Source: Paraspadella gotoi
Taxonomy: Eukaryota > Animalia > Chaetognatha
DNA length: 64,000 nt
Direction of reading: 5' to 3'
Assembly: GCA_051294375.1 (NCBI GenBank)
Contig: CM119266.1
Coordinates: forward strand, 19,541,657-19,605,656
This document shows, piece by piece, positions 55,780 through 64,000 of the stretch. A program made the position numbers and the translations under genes. Numbering within the stretch: the first letter of the stretch is position 1; each line of letters begins with the position of its first letter. The notes below the pieces were generated by a model, which was given only the letters and a program-made list of their open reading frames with translations, was not told the DNA's origin and did not search any database.

Positions 55780-55971
55780 TGGCTTTATTTTCCAAAAGCG
55801 ACGCATTTCCGTTCTTTAATCCCCGAACTAAATTTTAATATTGAATCTTAATCTATTACCAAACCCAAAACTTAATCTATAAAAATAATCTTCAATACTA
55901 ATTCCTAATGCTTAATATTTAACCCTATCCCTAATTTAAGATGAAATTGGGCGCTTTGAGAAAACAAGGCT
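55780..55971 (+). mobile_element. MITE-like element R2 copy (short)
   Basis: ggctttattttccaaaagcgacgcatttc ... aatttaagatgaaattgggcgctttgagaaaacaaggc. Confidence 0.6.
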
Positions 55972-56705
55972 CAAAATTTAATATTATTTTCTCCTCTCTC
56001 TCCCTCTCAATAACAACGAAGTCGCTTGAGCTATAAACGTTTTTGTTAAAGGGTGTAATACAAATTGTTTCATCGCTCTTCTATAAATTTGGTCAAATTA
56101 TTAATGCAATCGTTCAACTCAATATAATCTGTATATATATCTCTCTAAAATTGAAATAGAAGATCCGTGTCAAATATTATAACTGGAAAAACTTTGAAGG
56201 GAATAAATTGATAATGGGTTCTGAGTAAAGAGTCTCACAAATGACTCGTCTGTAAAATGTTAATCGAGGGACTTTCGTCCTTTTAGATTCGGCAACGAGG
56301 GTTATTCAGCCTCGTATTTCCAGACATAAAAGTTAAAACGGAAATAAAAAAAAAAAAATTTTCCCCCGAATCGTAAATCGTGTTATTTAGAAGAAAGATT
56401 CGAAACTCGCAACACAATGGCGAGAACTGAAGGTCGACGAGCTAACGTCTCCAGATCCGTATTAAATTGAAAGCTAACGCAGAAAAAAGCGGCTTTAATG
56501 AAGCGGCCGGATGTAACTCAGCGTGGCGCTTTTGTTACATCCTCTCTCTCCGTCACTTCAAAGGAAAACTAGTTTTACTGTCGGAATAAGAAACGGCCGG
56601 CGGCGTCACTACCGGCTTCAAACCAATACGATTTATTTTTATGAATTTATATCATTTAATAATCTTTTAAAACGGCAAAAATAATATTTGTAATTAATTT
56701 TATTA

Positions 56706-56708
<3 letters not shown>

Positions 56709-56786
<78 letters not shown>
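56709..56786. repeat. (ATT)n microsatellite
   Basis: About 25 att units. Confidence 0.95.
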
Positions 56787-56788
<2 letters not shown>

Positions 56789-57152
56789 TAATTATATTTA
56801 AATATACTAATTTTAATCTAATTTAAAAAAATGTTAGTTTCTAAATTTAAAAAAAATTATACCAAAAGCTAATAAACTTATAAATGTAAATCTCATCTGC
56901 CAAAGCTTCCTTTTCAGTGCTACATCACTACTATATATTTACCTCGCAAGGCATTAATCTTAACTATTTTACATTCATCTCAATATATTTTAAATATGCA
57001 TTATATAAAATAAAATAAAAATAATAGATATAATTTTTTTTAATATTTCCTTTTGACCGGGGTCCGGTAGTCTCTGCCAATTTTTTTCATTCCTACAAAT
57101 TTCCTAAATGACGTCTCTCTCTCTCTCTTTTTGTATCTCTCAGCTTTCTCCA

Positions 57153-57190
<38 letters not shown>

Positions 57191-57216
57191 CTCTTCCGCT
57201 GTTCATCTTTGAAAAT

Positions 57217-58138
57217 TCCTCGAACAAGGAGAAAGAATGGGAGGAGAATGAGAGGGAGATAGAGAGGGAGATGGAGGCATGGGGGGACAGAGTCACCGAC
57301 TTTGGGGAGAGAATAGAAAGTGAAAAATAGTAATTGTGAATCCTCACGATTCTTTCATTTCCTTGAGTCGCTTATTCGACGAGCATCACATAGACTATCG
57401 ATCATCATCATCCTCATTCCTTCGATCCTCGTTGCCGACGCTGCCGACGCCGCTGCCGACGCCGACGCCGACACGACGGATCAACCATCTCTTCTTTTTT
57501 CTTTCTTCATTTCTCGTCTCTTTTCGCCCAGTCAAAGTGGAGCTCTCGTTCACCCTTTCCTTTTTTTTTTTCTTCTCCATGGACCACCTCATCAAACTGG
57601 TTAGCCACTCTCTCCCCGCCCTCTCGCTCTGCACTCCCAACTCCAATCAAACTGGTTAGCCACTCNNNNNNNNNNNNNNNNNNNNNNNNNTCCTCGAACA
57701 AGGAGAAAGAATGGGAGGAGAATGAGAGGGAGATAGAGAGGGAGATGGAGGCATGGGGGACAGAGTCACCGACTTTGGGGAGAGAATAGAAAGTGAAAAA
57801 TAGTAATTGTGAATCCTCACGATTCTTTCATTTCCTTGAGTCGCTTATTCGACGAGCATCACATAGACTATCGATCATCATCATCCTCATTCCTTCGATC
57901 CTCGTTGCCGACGCTGCCGACGCCGCTGCCGACGCCGACGCCGACACGACGGATCAACCATCTCTTCTTTTTTCTTTCTTCATTTCTCGTCTCTTTTCGC
58001 CCAGTCAAAGTGGAGCTCTCGTTCACCCTTTCCTTTTTTTTTTTCTTCTCATGGACCACCTCATCAAACTGGTTAGCCACTCTCTCCCCGCCCTCTCGCT
58101 CTGCACTCCCAACTCCAATCAAACTGGTTAGCCACTCT
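57217..58138. repeat. ~450-bp direct duplication across a 25-N gap (57217-57665 vs 57691-~58138)
   Basis: Near-identical sequence on both sides of the Ns at 57666-57690. Confidence 0.92.
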
Positions 58139-58962
58139 CTCCCCGCCCTCTCTCTCTGCACTGCGAACTCTAATCAAACTGGTTAGCCACTCTTTCCACG
58201 CCCTCTCTCTCTGTACTGCGAATCTAATCAAACTGGTTAGCCACTCTTTCAACGCCCTCTCGCTCTGCACTCCCAACTCTAATCCAACTGGTTAGCCATT
58301 CTCTCACCACCCTCTCTGCACTCCCAACTCTAATCAAACTGGTTAGCCACTCTTTCCACCCCCCTCTCTCTCTGCACTGCGAACTCTAATCAAACTGGTT
58401 AGCCACTCTTTCCACGCCCTCACTCTCTGCACTGCGAACTCTAATCAAAATGGTTAGCCACTCTTCCACGCCCTCTCTCTCTGCACTGCGAACTCTAATC
58501 AAACTGGTTAGCCACTCTTTCCACGCCTCTCTCTCTGCACTGCGAACTCTAATCAAACTGGTTAGCCACTCTTTCAACGCCCTCTCGCTCTGCACTCCCA
58601 ACTCTAATCAAACTGGTTAGCCATTCTCTCACCACCCTCTCTGCACTCCCAACTCTAATCAAACTGGTTAGCCACTCTTTCCACCCCCTCTCTCTCTGCA
58701 CTGCGAACTCAAATCAAACTGGTTAGCCACTCTTTCCACGCCCTCTCTCTCTGCACTGCAAACTCTAATCAAACTGGTTAGCCACTCTTTCAATGCCCTC
58801 TAGCTCTACACTCCCAACTCTAATCAAACTGGTTAGCCACTCTCTCCAGCACTCTCTCTCTGCATCCCTACTCTAATCAAACTGGTTAGCCACTCTCTCC
58901 ACGCCCTCTCTCTCTCCACTCCCAACTCTAATCAAACTGGTTAGCCATTCTCTCCCCGCCCT
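58062..58962. repeat. Minisatellite, ~55-bp unit x ~16
   Basis: aatcaaactggttagccactctttccacgccctctctctctgcactgcgaactct variants. Confidence 0.93.
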
Positions 58963-59339
58963 CTACCCAGACTCCTCAATTCTCCAGCTCCTCTTCCTCC
59001 TCCCAACTCCTCACTGATTTTCTCATGTTTCGGCGTTGATGTGAATTCATCGCCGAGGCGAACCATCCGCATATCGCCATCTCCGCCTTTTCCTCCTCCG
59101 CACGCCCACCATCCTCCTTCTTTCTTTTTTTCCTCTTTTCTTTCCTTCACTTTGTCTTCCTCTTTCTTCTTTTAAACTTTTTGTCGTTCTCCCTTTTCTC
59201 TCTTGTTCTCCTTGACTACGCCATCTCTCTTCCTCTTATTTTGAGGCAAATGGGGAGTACATTATTAGTATTCCCCGATCTAATACTTATGGGAGTGGTC
59301 CTTTTTTTTACAATTTAAACATTCTTTGACATATTATTA

Positions 59340-59501
59340 CCGCTTTATTGAGATAGATAGAGATAGAGAACCCAGGTAATCTTGGAGTGAATAAGCTGTG
59401 AGTCTTGATTGAAAGGTTGCAGAGTCGTAAATCACTATAGCCTGTCAGGGGCAAGATAGCTTATTTATTAAATTTTTTATATAAGTTCTACCAATTTCAT
59501 A
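59340..59501 (+). repeat. Dispersed repeat family R1 copy with internal deletions
   Basis: ggagtgaataagctgtgagtcttgattgaaag...gtcaggggcaagatagcttatttattaaa...taccaatttcataa matches R1. Confidence 0.8.
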
Positions 59502-59850
59502 ACCTCTAAACAAATATTTTCTTTTCCTTCTCCCACCCTTCGTTTTTCACTTTTCCTTTCCTCCATTTTCTTAATTCTCTACTTTTCTTTCAATTTCTCG
59601 CTTTCCTTTTTCTCTTCCTTTCAAAGTCGCCCTTTTACACGGTCGCCTATTACATCCCTCCATCCCTCCCTACCTCCTATTACATCCCTACCCCTTTCCT
59701 CTTTTTTTTCCCCCTTCACAATCGGCAAAGATCCATTTCTTGTGCTTCACGATAAAGTGAGCATTTCTTGTAGATCTTTTCGCATATGAGAAGTCGGCTG
59801 ATCACTTGGCTGGAAACGACGGGGCCGCTGCCTCCTCCTCGGCCGACGAA

Positions 59851-59883
<33 letters not shown>

Positions 59884-60783
59884 CCGTCTCCTCCATGATG
59901 ATGAAAAAACTTTCTTTGAATCATCGCTGATGGTGATATTCGCTTTGTGCTTTGAGGCTCGGCTCCATTCAAAGAGGTGTGAGTCTGTGTGTGAGTCTGT
60001 GTGCGCGCGAGCGAAAAGGATCTGCATCAAAATGAATTTCTTTTTTTTTCCTGCCTTTCTAGTTTGTTTTTTTTCCTTCCAACGTTCCCCTTTTAAAGTG
60101 TTGAAAAAAAAAATCACTCTCCGACAGAAAAAAAAAAATAAACCAGAGACAAACAAACGATATGATTATTAAAATGATGGAATTATAGAATTGTAACAAT
60201 GAATATGTCAGTAATGCAGTGCTTAGGCAATTTCCACGCCTACTCTAATATCTTTTTTTTTATATTACGTTTGCTAATTTCTTTTCTCATATTTATTCGT
60301 TTCTTTCCCTTTATTTTTTTTTCTTATTTTATTAAAATACAAAAATTTTAAAGCCTCCCACAAGGGCCGTCTAAAACAGCTTGTACTTTCCGCAGTTTAA
60401 AATTATCAATTGTCAAAAGGATGAAACTTATTCATTTAGCAAATAATATCCATTTCATACTACAAACTATGAATTTTAAATTTTCTCGGCTCAATCGCAC
60501 CGATTAGACCTAATTTAGGCGCCAAAGAGAGAAAAGGCCATTTTAGTCTTCGAGGTCAGACTTGGTCCGTCTTGGATGTCCTCACATCAACATTGCATCA
60601 AATCAGAAACGAGATCAAAGCAAATCTCTCTAAATCGACGCCGCCTTCAGTTTCCGGCCAAGATGCTCGCAGACCCGGATGTAGAGGAGCGCCGCGTTTT
60701 ACGTCGTCCCAAACCAGGATGTGAATCGTTAGCCTAATTTTTCTTCATTTTCGAATTGAAGAGAACATGAGGGGAAAGTGAGA

Positions 60784-60833
<50 letters not shown>

Positions 60834-61937
60834 GTCGGACGTTCTGACCTTTCGCGCAAAAACGTTTTCATACAAAAAGAAAAATATATTTCTTTTTTTT
60901 TCCTTCCTTCTTCTCTCTTCATTCCGCCTCTGAAAAGCGGGAGCCGAGCCGAGTGAGAGGTCTTAACAGTAAGTGGAGTAATGAGTAGTGGAGTCATAGG
61001 GGAGCGAGGAAGAGATGAGGAGTCAAATGGAGCGGGATATAGGCGATTGGTGGGTCCGGAGAAGAGCGGGAATTTAAACAGGAGTTCTCTCTATACAAGC
61101 TTTCTCTGTGGGGATGCAGAAAAGTAAAAGTTGGGAATCTGAGTGATTCCTTACATGTTTTTCAAAAGATCAAAGCAGCGAATTCAAAATGGAGTCTGGA
61201 TCTAAAGCTTTTGTGTTTAGTGACCCAAAGAAAAGTATCTCTGTTGGACTAAAATTTTTAAAAATGTTAGTTTATATGTTAAAACTTATAAGTTATTTTC
61301 AAAATTAACAATTTCATCGATTGAGTTATTTTCCCAATTTTTTCCCCAATACGTGAATATTCAAAGTTCACTTGAACAGAGCCATAGCCGGAAACTTCAG
61401 ATAAATTTGGATACATTCATGTTTTTACGCCGGAGCGACTTTTACTTGAAGGTAAAGAGGTTAAAACTTCTCCGCTTTTTCCAAACTACATTTTCTTCGA
61501 GATTCAAAAGCGGAATATTTTTATCTCCTCGGCGATGATCGTTTAAGCCTAGATTGGCCACTTGGGAGCAATGCATCGCTGAAGGGAGCCACTCCAACAA
61601 AAAAAGGCTATTCCAAATGGAGGAGGGAAAGGGGAGCGAAAAGAGAGAGGGAATGGGGAGCGAAAAGAGAGAGGGAAAGGGGAGCGAAAATTTAAAAAAA
61701 AAATCGAGGAAGCAAAAAGTAAAGAGATAAAAGGAAAAATAAAAGACTCGAATAAACATTTGAAAAGCGTCACTTTCACTGGACACTATTTGACCACACT
61801 ATTTGGAAACTATTTGACCACTCAAAGGTTTTTTGGGTCAATTATCCAATATCCAATCCCACGCAACGCGTTTACTGTTTCGATCAATGATCAATTGAAT
61901 TCAACTTTCTCATTCATATTGCCAGTTAATTATTTCA

Positions 61938-62195
61938 TATGAAATTTGTACAACCAATATGAAAATTTAATTTAATAAATTTATTTAATAAATAAGCTAT
62001 CTTTCCGCTGACTTTGGACAGGCTTTGGTGTTTTAAGACCTCAATCACTCTTACAAGATAATAACACAGCAGGTACCTGCTAGCTTTCAATCAAGACTCG
62101 TTCACAGTCTCGTTTAATCACTCCCAGAATACCTGGCTTCCCAATCAATAAAGTGGTGTAATATTTCAAAGAATGTATCAATTGTACAAAAGGAC
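61938..62195 (-). repeat. Dispersed repeat family R1, long copy
   Basis: Reverse complement of 15803-15984, with an extension shared with the copies at 52835-53050 and 59340-59501. Confidence 0.85.
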
Positions 62196-63315
62196 CTATT
62201 TTATCTTTAACTTCTTTGTCGTTTGCCTTTCACCTTCCTCTGCGCTGGTCGATGTGTAAAAGGTCCACGTCTCTTTATCAGAGAAAGGTTGGGATAAAAA
62301 CGACGACAATGACGACGACAATGACGACGACGATGAAAAAGGCGATGGTAGAATGGAGAGAAAAGTGGATGAAGGCGAGAGACGTCGATTGCGAAGGAAA
62401 CAAAGTGAAAGTTGATAAAACAAACGACGAAGACGTCAAAAGAGAAATAAACAAAATATCCTGACTACTATTGTTACAACATTAACAAGGGGAAAATGAA
62501 GAAAACAATGACGGCGACAAAGAATGACTTTTTGACAAGGATAGAGAAGACAACATTGAAGGCGACAAAGAATGACTCTTTGACAAAGACATGGACAAAG
62601 CGCTGAGTGGTTGGAAAATAGCAATCCACAAATTTTTTCACCCCTCTTGCAAGCATGGAATGGATCCTGGGCTTGGAACAATGCTTGAGGGTTTTTGGCC
62701 ATCATCATGGTTCCCGCAGGGAGCGTACCATTAGGGATCAATCCCAGTACCTGCTGGTCATGAGCCAATGAGCCACTGGGGCACGACTGAAAGAGTCATA
62801 CTTATAAGTGGAGTAAACTTATTGAGAAGACAACAATGAAGACAAAGAATGACACATTGACAAGGACAAAGAAGACAACATTGAAGACGACAAAGAATGA
62901 CTCATTGACAAGGACAAAGAAGTCAACAACGACGATAACAACGACCTCTTAAAGAAGGAAGAATGAAAAGGAAAAAAAAGTCGTTTGTCCGCCACAAGAG
63001 GTCGCTTCTCATTTAGTTCTTTCTTTCTTTGAAAGACCTACTTTGGAATTATGGGCATCGATTCCCGAATGACCACCCAACAATTATTTCCTTAATTTTC
63101 TTCTCTCGACCTGTTTCGTTGTCCAAGTCTTGACTTGACGTAATCATTCTCGTCCGAACCATTTTTCTCTTATCGATAATATTTAACTCATAGGAAAAGA
63201 ATTTTCTTTGTATAATTTAGATTGTTTTTAAAGTAAACGCTAATTATCTGACTAAGAAACATTTTACAATTGTTAATTTTGAAGTAAGGCGAAATGCATG
63301 GTCACCTCTCTCCCT

Positions 63316-63351
<36 letters not shown>

Positions 63352-64000
63352 TCTCTCTCTCTTTCTCTCTCTTCTCTCTCTCTCTTTCTCTCTCTTCTCT
63401 CTTCTAATTTTCTTCCTTCTCCGCCTCCTCACGCCTCCTTCAGGTTGACGCTGTTCTTTTTCTGTCCCGCCTCCTCCTCCTCCTCCTCCTTCTCCTTCTC
63501 CTTCTCCACGTCCACCCACGGCTCGTCCCGCTGGCCCTCTTAACATCTGCCTTTGCACCTTTGACCTTTCGGGCCTCGAAATCGGGGCCCAAATGAAACT
63601 CGACCCTTTTCGACCGGCGGGCACCTCGAGAGGGCCTCCGCGCCGCCACCACGCCCCCTTCCAGTGTCCCTGGGGATCTCTAGGAAGAAGGAGTTGGCCC
63701 GCTCGTCAATATTACGGAGGCAAAGTCACTAGAAGAGGAGAAAAGGTTCCAAGATTTGATCTCATAGTCTCAGCGACTGCCAAGAAATAGTAAGATACTC
63801 TTTAACCTTTTAAGTAATGTCTTTTTAGCCTATTAAAATAAATATTTGTACTACTTTTACTATTTTAGAATGGGCTTGAGTCTTACTTAATATCGTAAGC
63901 TACTTGTTAAGTTATCATATAAACAACTACAAATCAAATTCTTTACATGTTCTAAAAAATATTGTCATGATTCAGAAGTCGATTAATGATGAGAGAATGA

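Noticed and set aside
56935-56954. Minus-strand ATG CCT TGC GAG|gtaaat as a phase-0 first exon for Snail
   Set aside because: It encodes MPCE rather than SNAG, and such a short match is expected by chance.
57217-58138. Tandem duplication as a biological event
   Set aside because: Near-identical copies abut a 25-N gap, typical of an unmerged contig overlap.
58062-58962. Repeat-spacer appearance suggesting a CRISPR array
   Set aside because: The 'spacers' are variants of one another, the genome is eukaryotic, and there are no cas genes. It is a minisatellite.

Overview
This is animal (probably arthropod) nuclear DNA from a draft assembly: AT-rich, short spliceosomal introns, many (AG)n/(GTC)n/(GCC)n microsatellites and three N-gaps. 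I reconstructed three intron-containing genes by hand. (1) A KCTD1/KCTD15-type BTB/POZ gene on the minus strand, 3895-7393, 7 coding exons, about 336 aa. (2) A GPR155/LYCHOS-type transporter-GPCR hybrid on the plus strand, 14819-18903, 11 exons, about 731 aa, with one GC-AG intron and no visible DEP domain. (3) An escargot/Snail-family C2H2 zinc-finger gene on the minus strand, 50004-52425, with no SNAG exon found and paired indels in finger 4. About 31 kb between GPR155 and Snail has no recognisable gene. Repeats include two copies of a hAT MITE with 8-bp TSDs, an abundant ~200-bp dispersed repeat, a MITE family with a CCCTAA-like core, and minisatellites. A 2.8-kb inverted duplication and a 450-bp direct duplication sit at 25-N gaps and are probably artefacts. 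The least explained signal is a set of about ten 150-280 bp GC-balanced islands, unrelated in sequence, packed with hairpins and often closed by a long-range stem. Stems were found by eye; no folding or database search was run.
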